NCBI GenBank assembly: GCA_963793305.1
Contig: CAWBZV010000003.1
Span: forward strand, 288,001-352,000
DNA: 64,000 nt
Reading direction: 5' to 3'
Source: an uncultured Gemmatimonadales bacterium
Lineage (GTDB): Bacteria > Gemmatimonadota > Gemmatimonadetes > Gemmatimonadales > Gemmatimonadaceae
Part shown: positions 50,187 through 60,591 of the stretch, piece by piece
How the letters are laid out: the number at the start of each line of letters is the position of its first letter
How positions within the stretch are numbered: position 1 is the stretch's first letter
Program-made: the position numbers and the translations under genes
The notes under the pieces: model-generated
Told to the model about the DNA's origin: nothing
The model's input: only the letters and a program-made list of their open reading frames with translations
Database searches by the model: none

Positions 50187-50557
50187 TCGACAACCTCCGT
50201 TGTAACCGACGCCCGAACGGCGAGCACTCGTGTATCGCCAGTGCCAACGATACGCGCGTGCACCGAGTCGTGCAGGACGCGCCCCGAGGCGCCAAAGAGC
50301 AGCAGCGCGGCGATGAGCTCACCGAGCACGAGCTTCGCGTGCATTTTCCGTCCGTCGAACGCCTCGAACACTGACAGGATCGCCGGGACGACGGCGAACA
50401 GGATCACGGCCACGGCGATAAAGGCCTGAGCAAAGCCGAGCGCCGATCCGGTGATCTCGACACCGTGCACGTGCGCCACGCGAATAAGACGTTCGCCGTA
50501 TACGGTGCCGCAGAGCACAGTGCAAACGATGAGCAAACGCTCGAAGAGGCGAGCCAT
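50183..50557 (-). CDS. Small membrane protein
   Basis: Three hydrophobic segments; abuts or overlaps its neighbours. Confidence 0.55.
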   Translation of the reverse strand: MARLFERLLIVCTVLCGTVYGERLIRVAHVHGVEITGSALGFAQAFIAVAVILFAVVPAILSVFEAFDGRKMHAKLVLGELIAALLLFGASGRVLHDSVHARIVGTGDTRVLAVRASVTTEVVE

Positions 50558-50559
50558 AA

Positions 50560-50763
50560 TCACTCCGCTCGCAGCGCCACCACGGGATCCACCTGCGCGG
50601 CGTTGCGCACGCCCGTGGGTGGACGCAGGAACAGCACGTTCGCGATGCTGAACATCGCGATATTCGCGCCGATCCCGATCGCGAGACAGCAGACGATCAG
50701 TGTGGCGAAGGCCGGCCGAGCCCGAAGTGCGCGCACGGCCGCTTCAATGTCGTCGCGCAGCAT
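50560..50763 (-). pseudogene. Collapsed ADOP permease remnant (67 aa)
   Basis: Permease N-terminus (RALRARPAF..LAIGIGAN.AMFS..N..FLRP) fused in frame to the C-terminus (VDPVVALRAE). Confidence 0.75.
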
Positions 50764-50770
50764 GGTGCTC

Positions 50771-51514
50771 TCAGCCGGTGAATCCGAACCCGCTCTCGGT
50801 CAGCTTGCGCTCGTCTTCGCGCTGCTTCGCGCCTTCCTCGTCCTCGACAACCCGGCCGTCGAACAGGTGTACGGCCCGCTTGGCGTGCCGCGCGAATCGC
50901 GGATCGTGGGTGACCATGCAGATCGTTGCACCACCCTCGTGCAGCTCGCGCAGCAAGCCCATGACGGCTTCGCCATTTTGCGAGTCGAGGTTACCAGTGG
51001 GCTCGTCCGCGAGGAGAATGAGCGGATCGCCAGCGACCGCGCGCGCGACGGCGACGCGCTGTTGCTGACCGCCTGATAGCTGGGCGGGATAGTGCTTGGT
51101 CCGGTGCGCCATGCCGACCCGTTCGAGGGCTTTCTGCACGCGCGTACGGCGTTCGGCCGAAGCCATGCCGCGGTAGGTCAATGGCAATTCGACGTTCTCA
51201 TAGACGGTGAGATCGCCGATCAGGTTGAAGGCCTGGAAGATGAACCCGATTTGCCGGTTTCTTACTCTCGCGCGATCAGACGCGGAGAGCGAGGCAACCG
51301 GCTCGCCGGCCAACTCGTACTTCCCGTCCGTGGGCGTGTCGAGTAGACCCAGGATCGAGAGCAGCGTGGTTTTCCCGCAGCCGGACGGGCCACCGATGGC
51401 GACGTATTCGCCTTCGCCGATCTGCAGGTGGATCTCCGAGAGCGCGTGCGTCTCGATCTCGTCGGTATAGAACACTTTCTTAATGCCTTCGAGGCTGATC
51501 AAAGAAGTCGTCAT
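50771..51514 (-). CDS. ABC transporter ATP-binding protein (LolD/MacB type)
   Basis: ETHAL, GPSGCGKT, FQAFNLI, LSGGQQQR, ADEPTGNLD. Confidence 0.93.
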   Translation of the reverse strand: MTTSLISLEGIKKVFYTDEIETHALSEIHLQIGEGEYVAIGGPSGCGKTTLLSILGLLDTPTDGKYELAGEPVASLSASDRARVRNRQIGFIFQAFNLIGDLTVYENVELPLTYRGMASAERRTRVQKALERVGMAHRTKHYPAQLSGGQQQRVAVARAVAGDPLILLADEPTGNLDSQNGEAVMGLLRELHEGGATICMVTHDPRFARHAKRAVHLFDGRVVEDEEGAKQREDERKLTESGFGFTG

Positions 51515-52758
51515 TATTCCACGCGCACCTTGTTGACGTTGTCCCACGCCGACATGTCGGAGATGATCACGCGATCGCCGACCGCGAGTCCCTGCAGTAC
51601 TTCGATCGTCGTAACGGAGCTCTTCCCGAGCTTGACGGTCTTCCGGACGGCGGTATGTCCGTCCGGCCCTATAGCGAACAGCGAGATCGTGCCGTCGGGC
51701 TGCCCGAACGCGGGTCGGCCGACGTAGAGCACGTTGTCGAGTCGCTCGATCTCGATGGTCCCGTCGACGCTCAGATCGGCTCGTGCGCCGGGCGGTAGCG
51801 GGCCTTCGAGCGACACGTCGATACTCACGGTCCCCGCATTCACCGCCGGATCGATGCGCTGCACACGCCCTGGCACGACGCCATTGCGCGTGTCGACCGA
51901 GACGACCTGTCCGACGACAATATCTTTGGCCTGCGTCTCGGGGACCTGGAGCACCGCTTTGAGCTTGCCAGGCTGCGCGACGCGCGCGAGGATCGTCCCG
52001 GGCGTGACCCACTGGCCGAGCAGCAGGGGCATCTCTTGCAGCACGCCCGGTTCACCGGCCGTCACGTGCATCGACTGCACGAGGTCTTGTCTGAACTTGT
52101 TGATCGCTTTCAGTCGTTCGACCTGATCCGCCGCGAGCGCCACCTGCTGGTCGATGGACTCGCTCAGGACCTTGAGCCGGTCCTTCTCGATTTGGAGCGT
52201 TTCTTTCGCGGCCGTCGAGGCGTCGCGCGCTTTCGCGAGCTCGTTCGTGCCCGCGAGGCCTTTCTTGTCGAGCGCTTCGAACACGGCGACCTGCCGCTCC
52301 GCCTCGTTCGCATTCATCTCGGATTGGGTGACCGCCGACGCCTCGGCGAGCTTCGACGTCTCGAGCGACTGCTTGAGCGTCAGGAGCGTGCCCTGGGCGA
52401 GTGAGAGGTTGCGTTCAGCGTCGAGCGCCGCCAGTTGCACGTCGGGGTTCGACAGCAAGGTGATCTCGCTCTCAGGCGTCACGGTGACGCCCGCTTTGAT
52501 CGGCAGCGTTTCGACGCGACCCGCCGTGACGGCCGAGATGATGCGCACGTGCTCCGGCAGCAGTGTGCCGGGCGCGCGTACCTGCCGCAGCATCGTCCCG
52601 CGCCTCACGGAATCGATCCACAGCGTGCTCTTCTCCACGGAGGGTGGACGCGACTCCAGCCGGCTGACCGAAACGGTGAGCGCGCCTATGACTACTACGG
52701 CGCCGGCAATGATCAGATACCGGACGCGCGATTTTGGTTTACTGCGGACGATGTCCAT
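51514..52758 (-). CDS. Periplasmic adaptor (HlyD/MacA-like)
   Basis: N-terminal TM, VRAPGTL.P, coiled hairpin, GL.VGDRVIISD. Confidence 0.88.
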   Translation of the reverse strand: MDIVRSKPKSRVRYLIIAGAVVVIGALTVSVSRLESRPPSVEKSTLWIDSVRRGTMLRQVRAPGTLLPEHVRIISAVTAGRVETLPIKAGVTVTPESEITLLSNPDVQLAALDAERNLSLAQGTLLTLKQSLETSKLAEASAVTQSEMNANEAERQVAVFEALDKKGLAGTNELAKARDASTAAKETLQIEKDRLKVLSESIDQQVALAADQVERLKAINKFRQDLVQSMHVTAGEPGVLQEMPLLLGQWVTPGTILARVAQPGKLKAVLQVPETQAKDIVVGQVVSVDTRNGVVPGRVQRIDPAVNAGTVSIDVSLEGPLPPGARADLSVDGTIEIERLDNVLYVGRPAFGQPDGTISLFAIGPDGHTAVRKTVKLGKSSVTTIEVLQGLAVGDRVIISDMSAWDNVNKVRVE

Positions 52759-52770
52759 GGCGTCTTATAT

Positions 52771-52889
52771 AAGAAAGAGCCATGCCGGTCGCTACCGGTA
52801 CGCTAAGCTAATTATCTATAGCGACTTACGAGCCGGCGGCCCGCTCGTGTTCCCACCGCGCTTGGGATTTTCGTCCCATTATCGGACAC
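52771..52889 (-). promoter_or_regulatory. Candidate sigma54 promoter and upstream activator site
   Basis: Minus strand CGGCAT-GGCTC-TTTCT (-24/-12-like, non-canonical -12); GTCC-N7-GGAC near 52874-52888; AT-rich spacer. Confidence 0.4.
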
Positions 52890-52891
52890 GG

Positions 52892-53317
52892 TTAGCGCGT
52901 TCGCCTGCCGAGGGGGATAGCGACGCCCAGCAAGACGAAGAGCACGCCGAAGACAACCAATATCACTGTGTTGATGGCCACCGGATGGCCGAGGGCGATG
53001 TTCAGCATTGCCCACTGGATGACGCCCTGGGATGCCAAGATCGCGGTGATCGCGAAGTGGTACCCCACGCCAAACTTCTCGTTGTTCGGTCCGCGGGGAT
53101 CGATCTTGGGCAGCACCACCGACAAGGCCCAGAGGATGGCCATCACGCCCGGCAGCAGCCACGCGCCAAATTCGCGAGGGGACCAGCCGTTCGGTTGGCC
53201 GCTGATGCCAAAGTGCGATGGCATCCGCGCGGGGAGCTCGGGATAGATCGAGACTGTGTACAGCACAGTGGCCAGCAGCACGAACGGCGGAAGCCACCGC
53301 AGTAGTTGGCGCTCCAT
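52892..53317 (-). CDS. DUF1648/SdpI-like membrane protein
   Basis: YPELPARMPSHFG..GQPNGW, LPKIDP. Confidence 0.8.
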   Translation of the reverse strand: MERQLLRWLPPFVLLATVLYTVSIYPELPARMPSHFGISGQPNGWSPREFGAWLLPGVMAILWALSVVLPKIDPRGPNNEKFGVGYHFAITAILASQGVIQWAMLNIALGHPVAINTVILVVFGVLFVLLGVAIPLGRRTR

Positions 53318-53336
53318 ACCGTATATACTTATTGCA

Positions 53337-53765
53337 ATGCCAACACGTCACGCGACAGCCACTTGGGAAGGTGGCTTACAGAAAGGGAAGGGCTCGCTCT
53401 CTGGCGAGAGCGGCGCGGTCTCCGCGTCATTTTCTTTTGGCTCGCGATTCGAGCAAGCGAAGGGCTCGAATCCCGAGGAGCTCTTAGCGGCCGCCGAGGC
53501 GGCGTGCTACAGCATGGCGCTGTCCGCCGGGCTGGAGCAAGCGGGCACGCCGGTCACGAAGGTCGAAACTCGCGCGGCAGTCACGATCGAGAAGGTGGGC
53601 GCGGGGTTCGCGATCACGAGCATCAAACTCGTCGTGCGCGCCACGGTCCCAGGCCTCGACGCCGCGAAGTTCAAGGCCGCGGCCGAGAAGACAAAGGAGA
53701 CCTGTCCGGTCTCTCAGGCGCTCAAGGCCGTGCCGATCGAGCTCGATGCTCAGCTGGTGACTTGA
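53337..53765 (+). CDS. osmC: OsmC family peroxiredoxin
   Basis: A.WEG.L..GKG, SF.SRFE, NPEELL, C..M, CPVSQAL. Confidence 0.92.
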   Translation: MPTRHATATWEGGLQKGKGSLSGESGAVSASFSFGSRFEQAKGSNPEELLAAAEAACYSMALSAGLEQAGTPVTKVETRAAVTIEKVGAGFAITSIKLVVRATVPGLDAAKFKAAAEKTKETCPVSQALKAVPIELDAQLVT

Positions 53766-54147
53766 CTACCGGTCACCAGCAATAGCCAGAGAAAATTCGG
53801 GGCGACGACGGGTGGCGGCGCAGCCAGTGAGCGCTCGTCCGCGAATGCCCGCATCTCGGCTTGAATCTGATCGGCGAGCTCGGGAGCGGTGAAGAAGTAG
53901 ACGTTCAGGCGCATCGACGTCCTCCATCGCCGCCCGGACTTCGAGTGGCACACCGCGTTGTTGGTACACGACGTTCGAACGTCCAGCGTCCGACCCGACT
54001 GACGGGCACCACCGCGATTTCGCGGGCCAGTCGATCGATGTCATTCGACCGGAGGATGCACAGCTTCGACGTCAGGCGCTCGAGGAATGGCCGTACCTCC
54101 CCGGAGTCGAAATTCATGGAGGCTTCCTCGAGCACCATCGTCGTCAC
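53750..54147 (-). CDS. Hypothetical protein split over several frames
   Basis: ATG overlaps padR stop; plausible coding continues in ORFs 53905-54147, 53766-54044 and 53750-53953. Confidence 0.4.
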
Positions 54148-54710
54148 ACGTTCGAGGTCGGCTTGTTGATCGCTTCGATCTCGGCGGTCGCGCGATTCAG
54201 GATCTCGCGAATCTTGTGGAGCTTGTCCACGTCGTGCGTGCGCGTGGCCGTCGAGTAGGTTGCCCGCGCGATGTTCTTGAACGCATGGTGCACTTCGACC
54301 ATGGGACCGCCGAAGAACGAGCCGGCGAAGTCGGCGATGCGATCGAAGATCTCGTCGACGCTCGACTTGTTGTCCTCGAGATATTTCCGCCCTTGGTCGG
54401 TGATCTCGTAGATCTTCCGCCCGCCTTCGTCGACGGAGGTCTTCGCGTAGCCGGCGTCTTCCAGGAACTGGAGCGTCGGGTACACGGCGCCGGGGCTGGG
54501 CGAGTATGTCCCGCCGAGGCGCTCTTCCATGGCCTTGATGATCTCGTAGCCGTGCCGCGGCTTCTCACTGAGCAGGCGCAGGATCACGTACTTGAGATCG
54601 CCCTGCTCGAACATGCGGCCGCCGCGATGACGTCCGCGATGACTCCCGCGGTCGGTTTCACCCCACCAGCCGCCGCCCCACCAGTTGCCATCCCCCCAAT
54701 TGCCACGCAT
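54144..54710 (-). CDS. PadR family regulator
   Basis: GDLKYVIL.LL.EKPRHGYEII, YSPSPGAVYPTL, RKIYEIT. Confidence 0.92.
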   Translation of the reverse strand: MRGNWGDGNWWGGGWWGETDRGSHRGRHRGGRMFEQGDLKYVILRLLSEKPRHGYEIIKAMEERLGGTYSPSPGAVYPTLQFLEDAGYAKTSVDEGGRKIYEITDQGRKYLEDNKSSVDEIFDRIADFAGSFFGGPMVEVHHAFKNIARATYSTATRTHDVDKLHKIREILNRATAEIEAINKPTSNV

Positions 54711-54727
54711 AATCAACCTCGTATGTA

Positions 54728-54772
54728 AAGATATATCGTGAGTTATATCTTAACGAGGCCAAAGATATATCG
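54728..54772. promoter_or_regulatory. Three GATATATC-type palindromes, putative PadR operators
   Basis: AAGATATATCG at 54728 and 54762, AGTTATATCT at 54741. Confidence 0.7.
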
Positions 54773-54815
54773 CAAGTGGCTCTAATCGGGGATCTCGCTA
54801 TATTATTTCCCCATC

Positions 54816-55337
54816 ATGCGTTACGCCTTCGTCGGATCGTTCCTGGTTGGGTTGATCCTCACGGTGTTCGCGATGTTGAACGGCGTCGAGCGTCCAGAAC
54901 GCCGCCCCGGCCGGCGCCGGTTCTCCATCAACCTCCCCACGGTCGCCGGATTCGCGACCGTCTTCGGCGCCACCGGCTACCCGCTCGCCGTCTACAGCTC
55001 CCTCGGCTGGGTCGCCGTCCTCTCGATCGCCACCGCCGCCGGAGTCGCGGGCATCATCGCTTCACTCTCGCTCGTCGCCGGCTGGGCCATTCCCGCCGCG
55101 AAGGCCGAGGTCGTCGATGAGCGCTATGTGCTCCAGGGGTGTATTGCGAAAGTCACCGAAGTCTCCGCAGATGGAACCGGTGTGATCGCTTTCGAGAATG
55201 AAGGGGTACGACAGACGGCGCGTGCGGTTGGACTCGATGGCGTGCGGCTCGAGCTCGGCACGGAAGTCGCGATCGAGCGCGTGGAGGGCGGCGTAGCCTA
55301 CGTCGAACCCTGGACACAGGTCGAAGCCCGCTTGTAG
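54816..55337 (+). CDS. NfeD-like membrane protein
   Basis: Three TMs plus OB-fold-like tail (GTEVAIERVEGGVAYVEPW). Confidence 0.7.
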   Translation: MRYAFVGSFLVGLILTVFAMLNGVERPERRPGRRRFSINLPTVAGFATVFGATGYPLAVYSSLGWVAVLSIATAAGVAGIIASLSLVAGWAIPAAKAEVVDERYVLQGCIAKVTEVSADGTGVIAFENEGVRQTARAVGLDGVRLELGTEVAIERVEGGVAYVEPWTQVEARL

Positions 55338-55357
55338 AAAAGCGGGAGGGGTGGCCG

Positions 55358-55654
55358 ATGAGCGATGCGGCGATCTTCCTCTGGGTACTAGGCGGTCTCT
55401 TCGTCGCTCGCATCGTCGCCGCGACCGTCGTATTCTACTTCATCCTGCCCCGTGGCGACCGGTGCCCGAACTGCGACGCGGTCACGATTCGCACGCAGAA
55501 GAAAATCTGGAATCGCCTCTTCCCATACTTGCGCACCAGTTGGTGCTTGGCGTGCGGCTGGGACGGCGTGCTCCGCCATGGGCCACTGAGCGTGCCTGAG
55601 GCCACGACGGCGGACCACGAATTCACGGAGCACGGGGTCGACGACGACGAATAG
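55358..55654 (+). CDS. Small membrane protein with zinc ribbon
   Basis: TM, CPNC...CLACGW; GGAGG upstream. Confidence 0.7.
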   Translation: MSDAAIFLWVLGGLFVARIVAATVVFYFILPRGDRCPNCDAVTIRTQKKIWNRLFPYLRTSWCLACGWDGVLRHGPLSVPEATTADHEFTEHGVDDDE

Positions 55655-55707
55655 GCTAGCCCGATCGCCCGATGTCGGAGCAAGAGCCCCGCCGCTCATT
55701 TTCGACC

Positions 55708-56601
55708 ATGACAAAAACATCGACTGATCTCGCTGGCGCTGTCGAGCGCGCCGGCCGCGCGGTGGTGGCGATCCACGCCCGCCGTCGCATTCCTTCCAGC
55801 GGCATTCTCTGGCGCCCGGGCGTCATCGCCACCGCCAATCACACGCTTCACCGCGAAGATGACATCACCGTCACGACCGCTGACGGTAACCGTATCCCGG
55901 CCACGCTCGCCGGTCGCGATCCGACCACAGACCTGGCTGTACTCCGCATCGACGCACCAAACCTCCCGGCGGCCGAGATCGCGGACAGCGATGCCCTCGG
56001 CGTCGGAAGCTTCGTGCTCGCCGTCGGCCGACCCGGCTTGGATCTAACCGCGACGTTCGGCATAGTGAGCGCCCTCGGCGCCGAGTGGCGCACCTGGCGC
56101 GGCGGATCGATCGACCGCTGGATCCGCCTCGACCTCCGCATCGCCGACGGCTTCTCAGGCGGCGCCCTCGTCACGCCGACGGGCACGATCGCGGGCCTCA
56201 ACACGTCGGGCCTGACGCGCGGAAGCGCGATCACGATCCCAACGTCGACCGTCGACCGCGTCGTCACGCAGCTGCTCACGACCGGCCATGTGCCGCGCGC
56301 GTACTTAGGCCTGGGCCTCCAAGCCGGCGTACGCCTGCCCTCGGCCCTCGTGACGAAACTCGGCCGCGACAGTGACCTGGCGCCGATTATCGTGTCGATC
56401 GAATCGGGAAGCCCCGCCGACCGCGGCGGCCTCCTCGTCGGCGACATTCTCGCGGACACCGACAAGACCGCGATACACGATGCGTCCGATCTCATGGACG
56501 TGCTCACGGCCGATCGCATCGGCAAATCCCTGACGGTGCGCGTCGTCCGCGGCGGCGAGCCGCGCGAGCTCACGGTCACCGTCGGCGAGCGGCCCCGCTG
56601 A
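55708..56601 (+). CDS. S1C (HtrA-like) serine protease with PDZ, no signal peptide
   Basis: TANH, DPTTDLAVL, GFSGG triad; YLGL and GSPA..GGL..GD PDZ. Confidence 0.9.
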   Translation: MTKTSTDLAGAVERAGRAVVAIHARRRIPSSGILWRPGVIATANHTLHREDDITVTTADGNRIPATLAGRDPTTDLAVLRIDAPNLPAAEIADSDALGVGSFVLAVGRPGLDLTATFGIVSALGAEWRTWRGGSIDRWIRLDLRIADGFSGGALVTPTGTIAGLNTSGLTRGSAITIPTSTVDRVVTQLLTTGHVPRAYLGLGLQAGVRLPSALVTKLGRDSDLAPIIVSIESGSPADRGGLLVGDILADTDKTAIHDASDLMDVLTADRIGKSLTVRVVRGGEPRELTVTVGERPR

Positions 56602-57137
56602 CAGTCCGCGTTCAGATTTCAGCGGCATCGCCCACCGCGAGGGCCGAACTGGAATCCGCGCTCGCGGGAAGTCCCACGATCACCATCGTGGGGCGTGCCC
56701 CCGACGTGCTCGTGTTCGACGGTCGCGCTCCCGTCGGTGGCCAGGCATCCGTCATCGCACTCGTCGACGACCCTGCCACCGAATCGGCAGCGGCACTGCG
56801 CGCGGGCGCACGCGCGGTGTTGCGGCGCGACGCGTCAGCACCCGAGTTGGTCGCCGCCATTGAAGCGGTGGCAGCCGGATTGGTCGTGCTGCACCCGGAC
56901 GCCGTGCCACGACCCGCCGCTTCCACGCCGGACGCAGCGGAACCACTGACCCGGCGAGAGCGCGAGATCCTCACGCTGCTGGCCGATGGCCTCGGCAACA
57001 AGGCGATCGCCGCGCGCCTCGGAATATCCGACCACACGGTGAAGGCCCACGTCGGCGCGATCTTCGACAAACTCCACGTCGGCACCCGCGCCGAGGCCGT
57101 GGCGCTCGGGCTCAGACTCGGGCTGATCGCGCTGTAG
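56598..57137 (+). CDS. NarL/LuxR family response regulator with atypical receiver
   Basis: LTRREREIL.LLA.GL.NK.IA..L.IS.HTVK.HV; frame open back to CTG 56598. Confidence 0.85.
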   Translation: MTVRVQISAASPTARAELESALAGSPTITIVGRAPDVLVFDGRAPVGGQASVIALVDDPATESAAALRAGARAVLRRDASAPELVAAIEAVAAGLVVLHPDAVPRPAASTPDAAEPLTRREREILTLLADGLGNKAIAARLGISDHTVKAHVGAIFDKLHVGTRAEAVALGLRLGLIAL

Positions 57138-57141
57138 GACG

Positions 57142-57423
57142 CTAGCCGACCGCTACGAGCCGGACCCATTCCGGCCAGTTGCCGGTGAGCTCGAAGAAGT
57201 CCTCGAAGTACGTGAGTCCGAGGTCTTCGAGCTCACCGATGAGCGACGTCAGCGCATCCTCGCCCACGAGGGGCCCGATCGCAATCACCTGTCCTTCGAC
57301 GCGAAACTCCTCGTCGGTCAGGTTGAATCGCGCATCGAGGCCCGCGCGCGTGAGCCCCACGCGCTCGAACGCGTCGCGGCGAATGAAAATCGTCGGACTG
57401 CCCTGCGCGACGGAGAGTGGCAT
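57142..57423 (-). CDS. Hypothetical acidic protein
   Basis: 93-aa ORF, GLTYFEDFFE..GNWPEW; TATATT 6 nt before ATG. Confidence 0.7.
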   Translation of the reverse strand: MPLSVAQGSPTIFIRRDAFERVGLTRAGLDARFNLTDEEFRVEGQVIAIGPLVGEDALTSLIGELEDLGLTYFEDFFELTGNWPEWVRLVAVG

Positions 57424-57444
57424 GACTCCAATATAGAATAGAGG

Positions 57445-58631
57445 TCATTGCCTCGGCGGCATGCTGGCCATCAATCGTGCCTGCAGCATCGGGCTATCAG
57501 GCAAGGTCCACATCACAACGCGTGTCTTGCCGGTCGACATCGTGATGGTGCCGAGGATCTGGTGCACCTTGTTGATCTGCGCGGCAACTCCGGATTCCTT
57601 GGCCAGCAACGCGCTGCCTTCGAGTCCCGGCAACCGCTGGAGCCCGTTGGCTGCCGTCCAGATGACCGGCACGTTGAGACCACTCGTCGTATCCGGTATG
57701 CCCCCGACCGCGATGCCGTCGTCGCTGATGTCGGACATGGTCCCGGGCTGATCGTGATAGAGGTAACGCAGGGAGTCGCCACGAGTCCACACCGCGGGGA
57801 CCCACGTGAGAGAAATGCTGTCGAAGACAGAGCCCGCGACCCAGCCGCTATCGTTGACGCCCGTATTGACCCGGTTGGGAGTCGAGGCTCTCGCGGGGAT
57901 CAGCGATATCAACTGCTTCGTCGGCGTGTACACAAACCCCGTGAAGTCGAGCGAGCTCGTGCCGGCGATGTATCCAGCATCGGAGATAGAAGTCGCCGTG
58001 CCTTGGAACGGCTGGCCACCGCCACCGGCATACAGTCCGTCGGGGTTGCCGAACGCCGTCCATACGGTCGCGAAGAACGGCGACCCCTGTGGCTCTCCCG
58101 AAATCGGCACGTAGCAGTCCCCCACGATGACGCCGGAGTCGTTGATGCTGTACGGGTCACAGCTGTAGCCCGCGCCGAGAGGGCGGAGAACCTTCATATC
58201 GCCTTGCCAGTCCCAGATCCCGGCCTCGATGTGTTGGGCATGGCCGGCGCCGCCCAAGTCCGTCAGCTGGACCGCTACTTGGGCGCGATCGTTGACCGAG
58301 AACGCGTAGGCGATGGTGAACGAATCAACCGGGAGATGCAGAAACGTGAAGCCGCGGTCGGCGACCCATTAAAGATCGTGCTCCCAAACGTCACATTGCT
58401 GACGGAGTCTCCGACGATTTCGCCCAGGTCGTTGAATGCGACTGGCTCCACTCCTTCATTGTCGAACGCGGGGATCGCCGCGACATGCACGCCCGTGATG
58501 TACGGAATCGCTCCATGCGGTACGGTTACATTGCGTTCCATTTTCGAATCCGCGAGTGGGTTCGAGGCATTCGAGCAGGCAAGCGACACGGCAGCGAACG
58601 TAGCGCCTGCGAGACCGACGGCAACGCGCAT
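57445..58631 (-). CDS. HAF-repeat-like extracellular lipoprotein; frameshifted around 58260-58370
   Basis: Lipobox LAC; repeats AFNDLGEIVG, INDSGVIVG, ISDAGYIAG, VNDSGWVAG, ISDDGIAVG. Confidence 0.75.
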
Positions 58632-58700
58632 AAGACCCTCTCTTGAGGTTTTTGAGCAGTCGCCTTGCGTGCACGCCGCATACCAGAGGACGTTTCAAAC

Positions 58701-60591
58701 ATGTCTTTTTTGGAGGCCGAGTTCGACGTCCTCGTGATCGGCGCCGGCCATGCCGGCACCGAGGCAGCGGTCGCGGCCGCTAGACTCGGGTGCCGCGTCG
58801 CACTGGTGACGAGCGCGCTCGAGACGATCGGCCAGATGTCATGCAATCCGGCGATCGGCGGCGTCGCCAAAGGCACGGTCGTCCGCGAGGTCGACGCGCT
58901 CGGCGGCATCATGGGGCGCGCGACCGATCTGGCGACGCTCCAGTTCCGGATGCTCAACCGCGGCAAGGGGCCCGCGGTCTGGTCTCCGCGCGCGCAGTGC
59001 GACCGCGGACTCTATCGCCGCGCGGTGCGCTCGCTCGTCGAGCAACACGAGTCGCTGTCCACGATCCAGGGCACGGTCGCGCGTCTGATCATCGAGGACG
59101 ATCGCGTCACGGGCGTCGAGACCATCGAAGGCCGCCGCTTCAGCGCGCGTGCCGTCGTGGTCACGACCGGTACGTTTTTGCGCGGTCGCATTCATATAGG
59201 CACGGAGACCAAGGTGCCGGGCGGGCGCGCGGGTGAGGCGCCCGCCACGCACCTGGCCGAGCAGCTCGAAGCGGTCGGCCTTACGGTAGGGCGCTTCAAG
59301 ACTGGCACGCCACCGCGGATCGATGGGCGCTCGGTCGACTTCAGTGAGCTCGAGCCGCAACTCTCAGAGCTCGATCACTTCGCCTATCGTTGGTCCCACT
59401 TCTGGACCGCTTCTCCTCGCCAACCGGACCAGCTGCCGTGCTGGATCACGTACGCTGGTCCTGAGACCAAGCAGATCATCGCCCAGAATATCGGTCGCTC
59501 GGCCATGTACGGCGGCGCGATCGCCTCGCGCGGGCCGCGCTATTGCCCGTCGGTCGAAGACAAGATCGTGAAATTCCCGACCGCCGATCGCCACCAGCTC
59601 TTTTTGGAACCGGAAGGCCACGATACGACGGAGCTCTACGTCAATGGGCTCTCGACATTGCTGCCCGCCGAAGTCCAACTCGAAGCACTGCGCAGCGTGC
59701 CCGGCCTGGCGGCCGTCCGGATGACCCGCGCGGGCTACGCGATCGAGTACGACTATTATCCGCCGACGCAGCTCGATGCGACGTTGGCGGTCAAGGCGCT
59801 ACAGGGTCTGTATTTCGCCGGCCAGATCAACGGCACGACCGGATACGAGGAAGCCGCCGGCCAAGGTGTCGTCGCTGGTCTCAACGCCGGGCTCTCCGTG
59901 CAGGATCGGCCGCCGGTGATCCTGGGCCGCGAGACATCATATATCGGCGTGCTCGTCGATGACCTGGTCACGCGTGGCGTGGACGAGCCCTATCGGCTGT
60001 TCACCTCGCGCTCGGAGTTCAGGCTCACGGTGCGCCAGGACAATGCGCTCCGTCGCCTGGCTCCAGTGGCTATGTCGCTCGGGTTGTACGCGACCAGGAG
60101 CGCGCCATCGCCGACCGTCGTCTAGCCGATGAAGAGATGGCGCGACGCCTGGCTGACGAGACCAGCGTACGGCCCGAGACGGTCGCCGAGTTGCTGCGGG
60201 ACAGCGAAAGCTCGCCATTATCGCAAGCCGTCAAGCTCGTGGAGCTCGCCCGCCGCCCTCAGCTCGCTCTCGACGCGTTGTTCGACGCCGCCGGACATCG
60301 GTGACTGAGCTCTCACGCGAGGCCATCGTGACGGCAGATCTGGAGATCAAGTACGCGGGCTACTTCGAGCGCGAGCGCGTCCAGGCGGGAAAGATGAAAC
60401 GCATGGGCGAGTTCCGGCTCGACGCCGAGCTGCCGTACGGCGACATGCAGTCGCTGTCGTTCGAAGCCCGGCAAAAGCTGGCCGCGCTCAAGCCCGCGAC
60501 GCTCGCGCAAGCCGCGCGCGTGCCGGGCGTGAGCCCGAGCGACCTCCAAAACCTGGTAATCGAAATCGAGCGCAGATCGTCAGTTCGCTAG
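58701..60591 (+). CDS. mnmG: tRNA uridine 5-carboxymethylaminomethyl modification enzyme; frameshifts near 60090 and 60300
   Basis: GAGHAG.EAA, MSCNPAIGG, RFKTGTPPR, GPRYCPS.EDK, AGQINGTTGYEEA, IKYAGY. Confidence 0.95.
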
